A DNA stretch of 64,000 nucleotides from assembly GCA_031963465.1 (NCBI GenBank), contig JASSUG010000003.1:117982-181981 (forward strand). Direction: 5' to 3'. Below, one piece after another: positions 9,995-20,954 of this stretch (within the stretch, counting starts at the first letter, position 1; every line of letters begins with the position of its first letter). The position numbers and the translations under genes are program-made. The notes beneath the pieces are model-generated. The model saw only the letters and a list, made by a program, of their open reading frames with translations, was not told the DNA's origin and did no database searches. Source of the DNA: Mycoavidus cysteinexigens (GTDB lineage: Bacteria > Pseudomonadota > Gammaproteobacteria > Burkholderiales > Burkholderiaceae).

Positions 9995-11107
9995 ATGTCC
10001 GGTAACACTCTTGGTACGCTTTTCACGGTTACCACCTTTGGCGAATCCCACGGTCCGGCGATTGGCTGTGTCATTGATGGCTGTCCGCCTGGACTGGCCC
10101 TGACGCACAATGATATTCAGCTTGAGCTAGATCGCCGTAAGCCTGGTACGTCGCGGCATGTGACGCAACGCAAAGAAGATGATAGCGTTGAAATTCTTTC
10201 CGGTGTTTTCGAGGGCAGCACGACGGGTGCGCCAATTGGGCTGTTGATCCGCAATACGGATCAACGGAGCAAAGATTACGGCAATCTTGTCGATACCTTT
10301 CGTCCTGGCCACGCAGATTATACTTACTGGCACAAATATGGTCTGCGCGACTATCGCGGTGGCGGCCGTTCATCGGCACGCTTAACCGCGCCCTTGGTAG
10401 CGGCAGGCGCAGTCGCAAAAAAATGGCTGCACGAGCATCTAAAGATCAAAATACAAGGCTATATGGCCGCGCTTGGCGAGATCGATATTCCATTTATTGA
10501 TTGGGCCTATGTGCCAGAAAATCCATTTTTTTCCCCTAATGCAGAGATTGTGCCGCAGCTAGAAGCTTATATGGATCAACTGCGTAAAGAAGGCGATTCA
10601 ATCGGTGCGCGGATCACGGTCATCGCAAGTGGCGTACCCGTTGGCCTGGGTGAGCCCGTTTTTGATAAGCTAGACGCGAATATCGCGCACGCGATGATGG
10701 GCATTAATGCGGTTAAAGGGGTTGAAATTGGCGCTGGTTTCGCCAGCATCGCCCAGCGTGGCTCGCAGCATGGTGATGAACTGACCCCGGCGGGCTTTAG
10801 GAGTAATCATGCCGGGGGTATTCTTGGCGGCATTACGAGTGGCCAAGATATCACCGTCTCTCTTGCCATTAAGCCGACTTCGAGCATTCGCACGCCACGC
10901 CAGTCGATTGATAAAGCCGGTGCGCCGGCGATGGTTGAGACCTTTGGGCGGCATGACCCCTGTGTTGGCATTCGTGCTACGCCAATTGCTGAAGCAGTGC
11001 TCGCCTTGGTGTTGATCGATCATGTCCTGCGTCATCGCGCACAGTGCGGCGACGTGCAGGTGTTAACGCCACGGATTGCTGCTTCAGCGCCCAGGCGTGC
11101 TGATTGA
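9995..11107 (+). CDS. aroC: chorismate synthase
   Basis: 370 aa. [15 protein letters not shown] and GGILGGI motifs. Confidence 0.93.
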   Translation: MSGNTLGTLFTVTTFGESHGPAIGCVIDGCPPGLALTHNDIQLELDRRKPGTSRHVTQRKEDDSVEILSGVFEGSTTGAPIGLLIRNTDQRSKDYGNLVDTFRPGHADYTYWHKYGLRDYRGGGRSSARLTAPLVAAGAVAKKWLHEHLKIKIQGYMAALGEIDIPFIDWAYVPENPFFSPNAEIVPQLEAYMDQLRKEGDSIGARITVIASGVPVGLGEPVFDKLDANIAHAMMGINAVKGVEIGAGFASIAQRGSQHGDELTPAGFRSNHAGGILGGITSGQDITVSLAIKPTSSIRTPRQSIDKAGAPAMVETFGRHDPCVGIRATPIAEAVLALVLIDHVLRHRAQCGDVQVLTPRIAASAPRRAD

Positions 11108-11148
11108 TAAACTGGCTAACTATCCTAAATTAACCACCGCTATAAATT

Positions 11149-12060
11149 CTACTTCTGCTTAAGCCGATTGCGTGCGCTATCAAGTGCTTCGCACAGTTGC
11201 GCGGCACCTTGCGCAATGCGTGGCGCGGGGCGGTCGAGTAAATCTGCATCAATCGCAAAAAGAGCATTATGCTGAGTGGCGCTCAGTTGCCGCCAATTGC
11301 GCCAGCGCTCTAAGCTGGGTAGAGCTTGACTGGTTGCGATTGCGCTAGGGCGCGACACAATAATTGCCTGCGGGTCAGCTGCCAACACCGCTTCTAGCGA
11401 AATAACAGGGGCCTCGGGTGCTAAATCAGCAAACACATTATGGCCGCCGCATACTCTAATCACATCGCTGGCTATTTGCTTGCCGTTCAGCGTGATCAAA
11501 GGCTGATCAGAGACTTGATAAAACACCCGTACCGGTGCGCGTTGCGCATAGCGTGTGCGTAACGCTGTAATGTCTGCCCGCAATCGAGCCGCGGCTGAAT
11601 CGGCGGTGGCGCGGGTGTCAAATAAAATGCCAAATTTTTCAAGCGTGATAGAAATATCGTCGAGCTGGCGTGGTGCGTTATAAAAAATCGGAATATGTAA
11701 TTTGCGCAGGGCGTGCAACTGACGCTCCACATTGCCATGCTGCCAAGCCACCACCAAATCAGGTCGCAATGCAATGATTTGCTCCAAATCAAGTGCTTGG
11801 TAATCGCCCACTCGCGGTAACCGTCTTGCAGCATTGGGGTAATCGCTATACTTGACCGTACCGCGCAATACAGATCCGCCGCCGGCTGCGTAAATTAATT
11901 CAGTGAGATGCGGTGCTAGGCTAATCACCCGTTTGGCCGGTGTGGTCAGCGTGACTACTGCGCCGACATCGTCTGTCACCTGGATATGTGCATAGGCACG
12001 ATAGGGTGTTATCGCTAGTACGCTAATCAGTAGTTGGATCAAATTTTTAGGTAAGCGCAT
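11149..12060 (-). CDS. periplasmic substrate-binding protein of the cobalamin/iron-siderophore (BtuF-like) class
   Basis: 303 aa with a signal peptide. RVISLAPHLTELIYAAG and ALRPDLVVAW are typical of class-8 binding proteins. No btuCD partner lies adjacent. Confidence 0.7.
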   Translation of the reverse strand: MRLPKNLIQLLISVLAITPYRAYAHIQVTDDVGAVVTLTTPAKRVISLAPHLTELIYAAGGGSVLRGTVKYSDYPNAARRLPRVGDYQALDLEQIIALRPDLVVAWQHGNVERQLHALRKLHIPIFYNAPRQLDDISITLEKFGILFDTRATADSAAARLRADITALRTRYAQRAPVRVFYQVSDQPLITLNGKQIASDVIRVCGGHNVFADLAPEAPVISLEAVLAADPQAIIVSRPSAIATSQALPSLERWRNWRQLSATQHNALFAIDADLLDRPAPRIAQGAAQLCEALDSARNRLKQK

Positions 12061-12094
12061 TTCGTTGCAAGTTCAGTGTTGCGCATAGTTTAAG

Positions 12095-12235
12095 CGCACA
12101 CACCAGGTCTCCTCAGACAAATTATAAATGGGGGGTGACTGCTACGCTTAACTGAATGTGCATTAGAAATCTTAGCGGGCCAAAAAATCGGGGTTGCGAG
12201 ACAGTCGGGGACAGGAAAAACTTCTTGGGTTCATG
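12095..12235 (-). promoter_or_regulatory. possible (perhaps 5'-truncated) cobalamin riboswitch in the leader of the BtuF-like gene
   Basis: Reverse strand reads GTCCCCGACTGT (complement of 12201-12210 region, cf. conserved CCCGCCACUGU) and GAGGAGACCTGG (complement of 12101-12118, cf. B12-box GGAGACCUGCC). The order is right and both lie upstream of the start codon. The 5' half is poorly recognisable and abuts an IS remnant. Confidence 0.35.
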
Positions 12236-12237
12236 TA

Positions 12238-12459
12238 TTGTTGCGTCTTTATACGCCACACGGTCATATGAAATCGGATGGACGATTGTCGAGAAATTTC
12301 CTTAAAGGCGTGCACGGAGACGCAATGAATGCTCTGCTATGTGGCGCCGGTCACAATCTGAGGAAGGTCCTTAAGCGCTTGGCGCTTTTTTGGCTTCATT
12401 TTTGGGCGAGTCAAAGACATTCATTCAATATGAATTACACCTTTTTTATCTCCGCTTAA
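12238..12459 (+). pseudogene. C-terminal remnant of an IS5-family transposase
   Basis: GRLSRNFLKGVHGDAMNALLCGAGHNLRKVLKRL matches the conserved IS5-group C-terminus (N.LKG..GD..N.LL.aAG.NLRk.L). No DDE core lies upstream. Confidence 0.6.
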
Positions 12460-12511
12460 ACAAAAAAGGACTTTTTCAGGAGCGACTATCTAGCCCCTCT
12501 ACATCCAATTT

Positions 12512-13519
12512 CTACCCCCCATTGATGACTGCCTCTAAGGTGCGTAAACGATCAACAATGGTATCAAAAGAGGGAGGGATTCCTATGAACATGCCCGCAT
12601 CAATCATAAGTTGAAAATCTTCACGTAATGCAGACAGCGCTGTTTCGTTTGGTAGTAAGCGTAATTGGCCCACGAGACAAGCATCATAGTTAGCATAGCT
12701 GGTGTTGTAGAAGACCTTTTTATGTTTGACCACGTCAGCCAGCAAGCCGCGATCTGCCAATGCGCTCTGCCCAATTGCAAGATTAGCCAGCATTGCTAAG
12801 TCGTACCAATGGCGTGACAGACGTTCGCTATTAGCGCGAAATTCGCCACGCTGACATTCCACATGCATTAGCGTAGCTTTTTCCCAAAACGTGCGCATAG
12901 GCGATAGCACTCTTACCTGTGAGCGTGGGAAATCGAGTGCCGTGATGTGTTTTGCAATATCTGGCTGTACTTCATGTTCTTCGTTCGGCTCTGTAATGTT
13001 CCGTCCGCCGAACTCGATCAGCACACTATTACCAATGTAGCTACCAGAGACCTCAAACACGGTTGGGTAGTACACGCGCAGTTGCTCGCCATCATCGCTG
13101 ACTGTGACTTTATAGCTATCTGTGTTGAATTCAGCTTCAAGTTTTTTCTGCAGATGCGGCGCTATGACATGATGGACATGATCGAGTACAAAAAGCTTTA
13201 GTTCCTCACTAAACTTTTTCAGCCGGGTCTTTGATATATCCCCAGCAAATGGATCAAAAGTGCCATCTAAACCACGATAGTCAAGTGTTATATCCACATC
13301 CTCAGAGAACCGGGCAATAGCCCCGAAAACTTTAGATAGTGACGTTCCGCCTTTGAAGGTCATCGGCAGCCTATCGGGCATAGTAAATAGAGTCTGCAAA
13401 ACCCAACACACCCATACGTCTTTTTCAAGAATAGTAGGTGGACGAGATAATCGTGAAGCAAGTCCGCGCAAGATTTGAGATTGCTCGATAGACGAAAGGT
13501 GCAAGAAAGATTCAGGCAT
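12512..13519 (-). CDS. abiEii: AbiEii/AbiGii-family nucleotidyltransferase toxin (type IV TA / abortive infection)
   Basis: 335 aa. N-terminal ILEKDVWVCWVL...FKGGTSLSKVF...FSEDVDITLD is the DUF1814/AbiEii nucleotidyltransferase signature. It overlaps the upstream gene by 8 nt. Confidence 0.8.
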   Translation of the reverse strand: MPESFLHLSSIEQSQILRGLASRLSRPPTILEKDVWVCWVLQTLFTMPDRLPMTFKGGTSLSKVFGAIARFSEDVDITLDYRGLDGTFDPFAGDISKTRLKKFSEELKLFVLDHVHHVIAPHLQKKLEAEFNTDSYKVTVSDDGEQLRVYYPTVFEVSGSYIGNSVLIEFGGRNITEPNEEHEVQPDIAKHITALDFPRSQVRVLSPMRTFWEKATLMHVECQRGEFRANSERLSRHWYDLAMLANLAIGQSALADRGLLADVVKHKKVFYNTSYANYDACLVGQLRLLPNETALSALREDFQLMIDAGMFIGIPPSFDTIVDRLRTLEAVINGG

Positions 13520-14138
13520 AGAAACCTACCGTTCTTCTTCCATATTGGGACATTATATTACTCATCCACGCAGGCATGGCGCTTGTTGCAGATTGTAGTG
13601 CCTCGAATTCTTCGCTTGAGAGCTTGTGTTGGATTTTCTCGATCAGGGACAGCGTTACTTCATTTTTGCCTAGATACCACATCGCGGCTAGGGCCAATCC
13701 GGCTGGTCGCCCAGCCAAAGCCAACTTGCGCTGACAAACATGCTGCAAATGGATTTGTAGCGTACCCATCTGAATTCGTCTTGACGGGCCGGATGTGGAA
13801 AATACCGTTTGGATCGGGACTTGAGTGGTCAACTCCAACTTGCGTGCAGCTTCTGCACCATGAACTTGAACAATGGCCCCGGTGTTTTTGGCAATCATTG
13901 CCGCTACTTTAATCGGCTCTGGCATCACTTTACCTACAAAGCGGTTTATTTCAGGGCGCATATAGGCGCCACGCGTTATGCGCTCAATGGCTCCCGCCTT
14001 GACCAGTCTGGAAAGAGTTTGATCGACAGACGCACGTGTCCCGCATCCCAGAAAAAGGTTCGGGGTAAAAGGCTCTCCGAGCGGTATTCCCTCGATATGC
14101 TGGCGAATCAACTCAGCAGTTTTAATTATCATATTCAT
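13512..14138 (-). CDS. abiEi: AbiEi-type antitoxin / transcriptional autoregulator
   Basis: 208 aa. N-terminal winged-helix-like segment (VDQTLSRLVKAGAIERITRGAYMRP). Operonic and overlapping with abiEii. Confidence 0.7.
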   Translation of the reverse strand: MNMIIKTAELIRQHIEGIPLGEPFTPNLFLGCGTRASVDQTLSRLVKAGAIERITRGAYMRPEINRFVGKVMPEPIKVAAMIAKNTGAIVQVHGAEAARKLELTTQVPIQTVFSTSGPSRRIQMGTLQIHLQHVCQRKLALAGRPAGLALAAMWYLGKNEVTLSLIEKIQHKLSSEEFEALQSATSAMPAWMSNIMSQYGRRTVGFYA

Positions 14139-14165
14139 GTCAGAAACTATAGTATATTTTCTGAC
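14139..14165. promoter_or_regulatory. perfect 8-bp inverted repeat (GTCAGAAA-N11-TTTCTGAC) abutting the abiEi start codon; candidate operator
   Basis: Read directly: gtcagaaactatagtatattttctgac starts 1 nt after the abiEi ATG complement. It overlaps a TATACT -10-like hexamer on the minus strand. Confidence 0.45.
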
Positions 14166-14202
14166 AAACTACAAGCAGAAAACCAAGATGGAGAGCGTTT
14201 CA

Positions 14203-16056
14203 GTGTGTCACGAACGCAGGCGTGAGCCTGCGATGCTGTACTAGAGATGGGAGTAGGCCTCCCGAAATCGGCTTGCAGGAGCAGATATCAAACCGCCCGG
14301 TGCGGCTGCGTTCAAAAGACGTGGTCGTGAGCGACTGTGGAAAAGGCATCATGAAGATGTCAGGTACGTGTTGAGAAGATGAGCGCAAGCAAACCGTCCG
14401 ATGACGCATCGTTAGCTCTAAAGAACTGTCAAAACCGGGGTCGTGAAACAACGCCGGGATCAGTCGGGACGACACCTGTTTACGGACCTGATGACAGTCG
14501 GTGTAAAGGCGGCATGAGCTCAACACAGGCTCTGGTATGGAACGTGAGAACCTTATTCTGGATGTGAAGGGAAAAGACAAATGGCAGAAACCATAAGGAT
14601 GAATACCGATGCCGGAATGAGGGGCGGAGCCGCTTGTAGTAGTGATGAAACCTTTGTAACGAAGGTGGAGCGAAGGGGCGGCGTTATCCGGTTGACGAGT
14701 GTCATCAACCTGCTCTGCGGGGATGAATGACATGACATCAACAACAAAATCCTATTGCATTGCGAAGCGTGTGGTGTGGGAAGCCTATCAACTGGTGAAG
14801 GCCAACCGTGGAGCTGCGGGCGTGGACGATGAAACGATCACCATGTTCGAGCAGAATCTTTCGGGAAATCTGTACAAACTGTGGAACCGGATGTCATCGG
14901 GGTCGTACTTCCCGCCACCCGTGAAGCAGGTGGAAATTCCGAAGGCCAAGGGTGGTGGTACGAGAAAGTTGGGAATTCCCACTGTTTCTGACAGAATCGC
15001 ACAGACTGTGGTCAAGCTCATGATCGAGCCGACAATCGATCTGGTATTTCATCCGGATTCCTATGGATACCGACCGGGCAAATCGGCCAAACAGGCGATT
15101 GCCGTGACGCGAAAGCGTTGCTGGCAGTACGACTGGATTGTTGAGTTTGACATTAAGGCGGCGTTCGACCAGATCGATCACGCATTGTTGATGAAGGCAG
15201 TGCGAAGCCACGTCAGAGAAGACTGGATCCTGCTGTATATCGAGCGGTGGCTGACTGCGCCGTTCGAGACTACGGACGGAACCCTGCTGCCACGAGCACG
15301 GGGCGTTCCGCAAGGCGGAGTGGTCAGCCCGATCCTGATGAATCTGTTCATGCATTATACGTTCGACCGCTGGATGCAACGCACCTATCCCCAATATCCT
15401 TTTGCCCGCTATGCAGATGATGCGGTGGTTCACTGCCGCAACCAAAGGCAGGCGGCATTCGTGATGCAATCCATCGCGTCTAGACTGGAGGAGTGTGGAT
15501 TGACAATGCATCCTGAGAAATCAAAGATAGTGTATTGCAAAGACAGTAGTCGCACCGAGGCCTATCCGCACGTGCAGTTCACATTCCTCGGCTTTACGTT
15601 TAGGCCGAGGAGGGCTCAGAGCAAGCAAGGCCGGCTATTTACCGGCTTCCTGCCGGGAGTGAGCAATGACGCCTTGAAGCGTATGCGACAGACCGTGCGA
15701 GGGTGGAAGCTTCATCGACAAACGCCGAAAACGCTAGCCGATTTGGCGCAGCAATGCAACTCAACGACCCGGGGGTGGTGGAATTACTATGGCGCGTTCT
15801 ATCAAGCGGCAATGCATAAGCTCTTTCAGTATATGGATCGCCGGCTTGAGAAATGGGCTAGAAGGAAATACAAAACATTGTCGCGGCACAAGCAGCGCAG
15901 TGTGGAGTGGCTCAGCAAGATGAAGAACGAATGTCCACGGATGTTTCACTACTGGCAGGTATGGGGAGGAAGGGTTGGATGACAGGAGCCGTATGAGGCG
16001 AGAGTCTCACGTACGGATCTGCGAGAGATTCGGGGCGAAACTCCCCGTGTCTACTC
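14203..16056 (+). mobile_element. bacterial group II intron (about 1.85 kb, RT/maturase ORF in domain IV); ends approximate
   Basis: GTGTG at 14203. The RT ORF is looped out. Domain V-like hairpin GAGCCGTATGAGGCGAGAGTCTCACGTACGGATC at 15986-16019, directly after the ORF stop, followed by a domain VI-like hairpin (CGGGGCGAAACTCCCCG, 16030-16047). Confidence 0.8.
14723..15982 (+). CDS. group II intron reverse transcriptase/maturase (no endonuclease domain)
   Basis: RT blocks GAAGVD, IPKAKGGTRKLGIPTVSDR, RPGKSAKQA, FDIKAAFD, GVPQGGVVSPILMNL, YADDAVV, then maturase X domain RGWWNYYG. The protein ends without an HNH region. Start at 14723 or 14732. Confidence 0.9.
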   Translation: MNDMTSTTKSYCIAKRVVWEAYQLVKANRGAAGVDDETITMFEQNLSGNLYKLWNRMSSGSYFPPPVKQVEIPKAKGGGTRKLGIPTVSDRIAQTVVKLMIEPTIDLVFHPDSYGYRPGKSAKQAIAVTRKRCWQYDWIVEFDIKAAFDQIDHALLMKAVRSHVREDWILLYIERWLTAPFETTDGTLLPRARGVPQGGVVSPILMNLFMHYTFDRWMQRTYPQYPFARYADDAVVHCRNQRQAAFVMQSIASRLEECGLTMHPEKSKIVYCKDSSRTEAYPHVQFTFLGFTFRPRRAQSKQGRLFTGFLPGVSNDALKRMRQTVRGWKLHRQTPKTLADLAQQCNSTTRGWWNYYGAFYQAAMHKLFQYMDRRLEKWARRKYKTLSRHKQRSVEWLSKMKNECPRMFHYWQVWGGRVG

Positions 16057-16061
16057 AACTC

Positions 16062-16302
16062 CTGCATTCCGCTACCCCCGCTTTCAATGAACAGAATTTT
16101 AAGCTATTGATATATAAGAACTATTTATATTTTGTTTGAAGGCTGTTCGGCTAGCGAGCCGCTTACTACACTTCTTAAAAGCTTGATTTTCGGGCTGGAT
16201 CCTAGTGTTACCACTTCCACTTTTTTAAGAAAAAAATTTAACTTATTGATATATAAGCATTATTTTTTTGCTTAAAAAATGAGTGGAGGTAGCGGAGTGC
16301 AG
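16062..16302. repeat. AT-rich roughly 240-bp segment bracketed by an imperfect 15-18-bp inverted repeat, with two copies of a 14-bp direct repeat
   Basis: ctgcattccgctacc (16062-16076) versus ggtagcggagtgcag (16288-16302) has 1 mismatch as a reverse complement. tattgatatataag occurs at 16105-16118 and 16244-16257. Confidence 0.6.
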
Positions 16303-16455
16303 CGCTTGCTTGAACGACTCTGCCAACATCTAAAGCATCACACTATTTTGATGATTTCCCATCGACAATAGCATTGTTGAAGATGGATCGAGTCATTACC
16401 CGTCACCAAGGTAAAGTCGTTCTCGATAGGCCTGCTTACGGCTTAACTGAAAGCC
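16285..16455 (+). pseudogene. C-terminal stub of an ABC-exporter ATPase, with frameshift and stops
   Basis: Frame 1 reads GVQRLLERLCQHLKHHTILMISHRQ*. A shifted frame reads MDRVITRHQGKVVLDRPAYGL. Together these mimic the ...T.l.IAHRLsT...aDrI.vl..GkivE segment after Walker B. No Walker A or signature motif lies upstream. Confidence 0.5.
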
Positions 16456-16481
16456 AAATATGGCCCGTTTAGGCTTGAAAA

Positions 16482-16865
16482 TTATACTTGTACCGGTACA
16501 TGGTCACGGCTGCCCTTGATGCGGTTGTTATGGTCCACAAACACCAAATTAGGCTTCACATTGCCTGCACGTATATCAGCATCATCAAAAAAGCCAAATG
16601 CGGCGATGATCACCAGGTCGCCTAACTGTGCGCGCCGTGCCGCTGAGCCATTCAATGAAATCGTGCCGCTGCCGCGCTCGGCGCGTATCGCGTAGGTCGA
16701 AAAACGCTCGCCATTATTGATATTCCAAACCTCGATTTGTTCATTTTCTAGAATGTTGGCGGCTTCGAGTAAATTTTCATCGATCGCGCATGAGCCTTCA
16801 TAGTGCAACTCGCAGTGAGTGACTGCGGCGCGATGAATTTTTGATTTCAGCATAATGCGTTGCAT
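16482..16865 (-). CDS. panD: aspartate 1-decarboxylase
   Basis: 127 aa. [11 protein letters not shown]...[10 protein letters not shown] includes the self-cleaving Gly-Ser site context. Confidence 0.93.
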   Translation of the reverse strand: MQRIMLKSKIHRAAVTHCELHYEGSCAIDENLLEAANILENEQIEVWNINNGERFSTYAIRAERGSGTISLNGSAARRAQLGDLVIIAAFGFFDDADIRAGNVKPNLVFVDHNNRIKGSRDHVPVQV

Positions 16866-16974
16866 AGACGGTTCCTAATAAAATGAATGATAGAAAGATC
16901 ATAAAGGGATTCCGGCAAGAGAGCAAAGCAACAGGAGGCGGAGATGTACCTTGGCTCTCTTGATGGCACTTGCT

Positions 16975-18743
<1,769 letters not shown>

Positions 18744-18756
18744 GACTTAAGTCACT

Positions 18757-18951
18757 TTAATAATAGACGTAGGGCTTTTGCTGGATACGGGAGGTCTGCT
18801 GCCGCGCTCGCTCATCAAGGTTGAGCGGGGGTTTATCCCACAATAACATGCGCCCGCGACGCTGTGCTTCTTCCAGCGCAGGCTGTTGCTGTTTGAGTTG
18901 GTGAATAAACTGAGTAATCTCGGATTGGTAGTGGCGACTCATTTTAAGCAA
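18757..18951 (-). CDS. small conserved protein (DUF3460-like)
   Basis: 64 aa. Sits upstream of scpA as in Burkholderia-type genomes. The real start may be the internal MSRHYQSE (18942). Confidence 0.5.
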   Translation of the reverse strand: MLKMSRHYQSEITQFIHQLKQQQPALEEAQRRGRMLLWDKPPLNLDERARQQTSRIQQKPYVYY

Positions 18952-19166
18952 AATATTGGATAGATCTCGCAGTTAAGGCTTAACGTAGTCGTAAGCTTAA
19001 CCAGCGATCGACTTCATTAGGGTTCAATCTTATATTAAATTACCCTTGAATGCCGGCTTTAGGTTAATTTTTAGGTCTTTGGGGGTGAAATTGGCGGTAT
19101 AAATGTGTTCCAATGCTATTTTCTTGCAGCAATTTCTGAATCTATGTAAGCGATCGGAAAATTCTA

Positions 19167-20954
19167 TTGGAACCCAGTTTGAGCAAGATCGGACAACAAA
19201 TAAGCCAACGCGTGCGCAATTGGCAAGGGGTATGTGGCATTGGACTGGTCATCATCTTGGCCTTTTTACCCGTGTCTGCACAAGCAGAATATACCGTTGA
19301 TATTGAGGCGCCTCGCAAGCTCAAAGCCTTGCTTAAAAAGCATTTGGATTTGGCGCGCTTCGCCAAGCGCGCTGATATCAGTGATGAACAGTTTGAATTT
19401 TTAGTAACGGCTGCGCCTCAACAAGCGCGTGAGCTTGCTGAAACAGAAGGATACTTTAGTGCCGTGGTGACGACAGATGTCGTCACGCTTGGCAATCAGC
19501 CAGAGGTTACCATCAGCCTTGACCCTGGCCCGTGCACGGCGATTTCATCGGTGGCGCTCAATTTTACGGGAGCGATCCAAACCGAAGAGCCCGCGCGTGA
19601 GGATCTGGCGCGTCGTGCCTGGACATTGCGCCGCGGTGATGGATTTAGTCAGTCCGCTTGGGAGGGGGCTAAAAACGCTTCATTAAAAGCGTTGCAAGCA
19701 AAACGCTATGCCGCGGCCAAAATTCTCCACGCGCAAGCCTTGATTGACCCTCGCAGTGAGCAGGCTAGGCTGGCGGCCACATTCGATAGTGGCCCGACTT
19801 TTACCATGGGAGCGATCGAAATTAGCGGCTTAAAGCGGTATCCTGCAAAAATCATTCATCATGTGAACCCGCTGCAGCCGGGTGAGCTGTATAGCGTGGA
19901 GCGGCTACTTGAATTGCAAAGGCAGGTGCAAAACACAACTTACTTTGCCAGCGTCGCAGTCGATGTGGCAAACGATGCAAGCCAGCCGCACCACGTGCCG
20001 GTAAAAGTGAAAGTCAGTGAATATCCATGGCATTCAATTCGTTCAGGGATTGGGTATTCATCCGATACAGGCGCTCGGGTGCAAGGTAACTATGTCTATA
20101 ACAATATGTTTGGCCGCAGTTGGATCTTGCATGCGCAAGGCCAATTCGAGCAGCACCAGCAAAATATTGCCCTACGTCTATCGATGCCGCCTGATCGCAA
20201 AGCTTATACCAACAGCCTATTAGCGACTCACACCCGCACTAACATTGAAGATACGGATATTCGCAGCCTGCGCCTTGGCGCTCAACGTGCACGCTCATTA
20301 GAGCATTATGATTATGCTTGGTCACTGCTGTATTACGAAGATCAGCTAAGCCAAAATGCTAGCGCGCCAGATGTGAGCCGTGCGCTTGTGCCAACGTGGT
20401 CATGGACGCGTCGAGATGTCGATGACCCGATGTTTGCCCGTCGCGGTAATATTGTTTCGCTATCGGCCGGGTTTGCCGTGAAAGATTTGATGACGGAGCA
20501 ATCGTTTGGACGCTTCTATATGCATGGGCGCCAGTATTTTCCGCTTGGCAAAAACGATCTCGTTTTGTTTCGTGCAGAATTAGGTAGTGTTTTGACTACG
20601 GGTGGTTCAACAGGTATTCCAGCTTCGTTGTTATTCCGGGCGGGCGGGGTTAATTCGGTTCGCGGCTATGGCTATCAAAGTATTGGCCATGAAGTAGCCG
20701 GCTCGATCCTGCCGGCGAAGCATTTAGTGACGGCAAGCGGTGAATATCAGCATTGGTTTAATCGGGATTGGGGCGCGGCCGTATTTTATGATCTAGGAAC
20801 CGCCACCGACAAATGGACAGAAAAAACCTTTTATCAAGGGATGGGCATAGGAATGCGATGGCGTAGCCCGGTAGGGCCGATTAACTTCGATTTGGGGTAT
20901 GGTTTGCGGGATCGTAGGATTCGGCCCTATTTAACACTTGGCATTGCATTCTGA
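19167..20954 (+). CDS. tamA: Omp85-family translocation and assembly module protein TamA
   Basis: 595 aa with a signal peptide ending VSAQA. C-terminal beta-barrel ending in aromatic residues (LTLGIAF). 1-nt TGATG overlap with tamB. TTG start is uncertain. Confidence 0.8.
   Translation: MEPSLSKIGQQISQRVRNWQGVCGIGLVIILAFLPVSAQAEYTVDIEAPRKLKALLKKHLDLARFAKRADISDEQFEFLVTAAPQQARELAETEGYFSAVVTTDVVTLGNQPEVTISLDPGPCTAISSVALNFTGAIQTEEPAREDLARRAWTLRRGDGFSQSAWEGAKNASLKALQAKRYAAAKILHAQALIDPRSEQARLAATFDSGPTFTMGAIEISGLKRYPAKIIHHVNPLQPGELYSVERLLELQRQVQNTTYFASVAVDVANDASQPHHVPVKVKVSEYPWHSIRSGIGYSSDTGARVQGNYVYNNMFGRSWILHAQGQFEQHQQNIALRLSMPPDRKAYTNSLLATHTRTNIEDTDIRSLRLGAQRARSLEHYDYAWSLLYYEDQLSQNASAPDVSRALVPTWSWTRRDVDDPMFARRGNIVSLSAGFAVKDLMTEQSFGRFYMHGRQYFPLGKNDLVLFRAELGSVLTTGGSTGIPASLLFRAGGVNSVRGYGYQSIGHEVAGSILPAKHLVTASGEYQHWFNRDWGAAVFYDLGTATDKWTEKTFYQGMGIGMRWRSPVGPINFDLGYGLRDRRIRPYLTLGIAF

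Noticed and set aside
3635-11035. Many 60-175-aa ORFs antisense to or out of frame within aceE, aceF, lpd and aroC. The same occurs elsewhere inside prlC, tamB, cdiA, the decarboxylase, hemC/hemD and the lasso genes.
   Set aside because: They are nested in well-supported long genes. Their Arg/Ala/Pro-rich or low-complexity translations are typical of off-frame reading of GC-biased coding DNA. None has a motif or an independent start signal.
14200-14733. 177-aa minus-strand ORF (and 14553-14747, 14379-14567).
   Set aside because: They lie entirely within the structured 5' RNA domains of the group II intron. They have no coding signature or RBS and are best explained as chance ORFs in ribozyme sequence.
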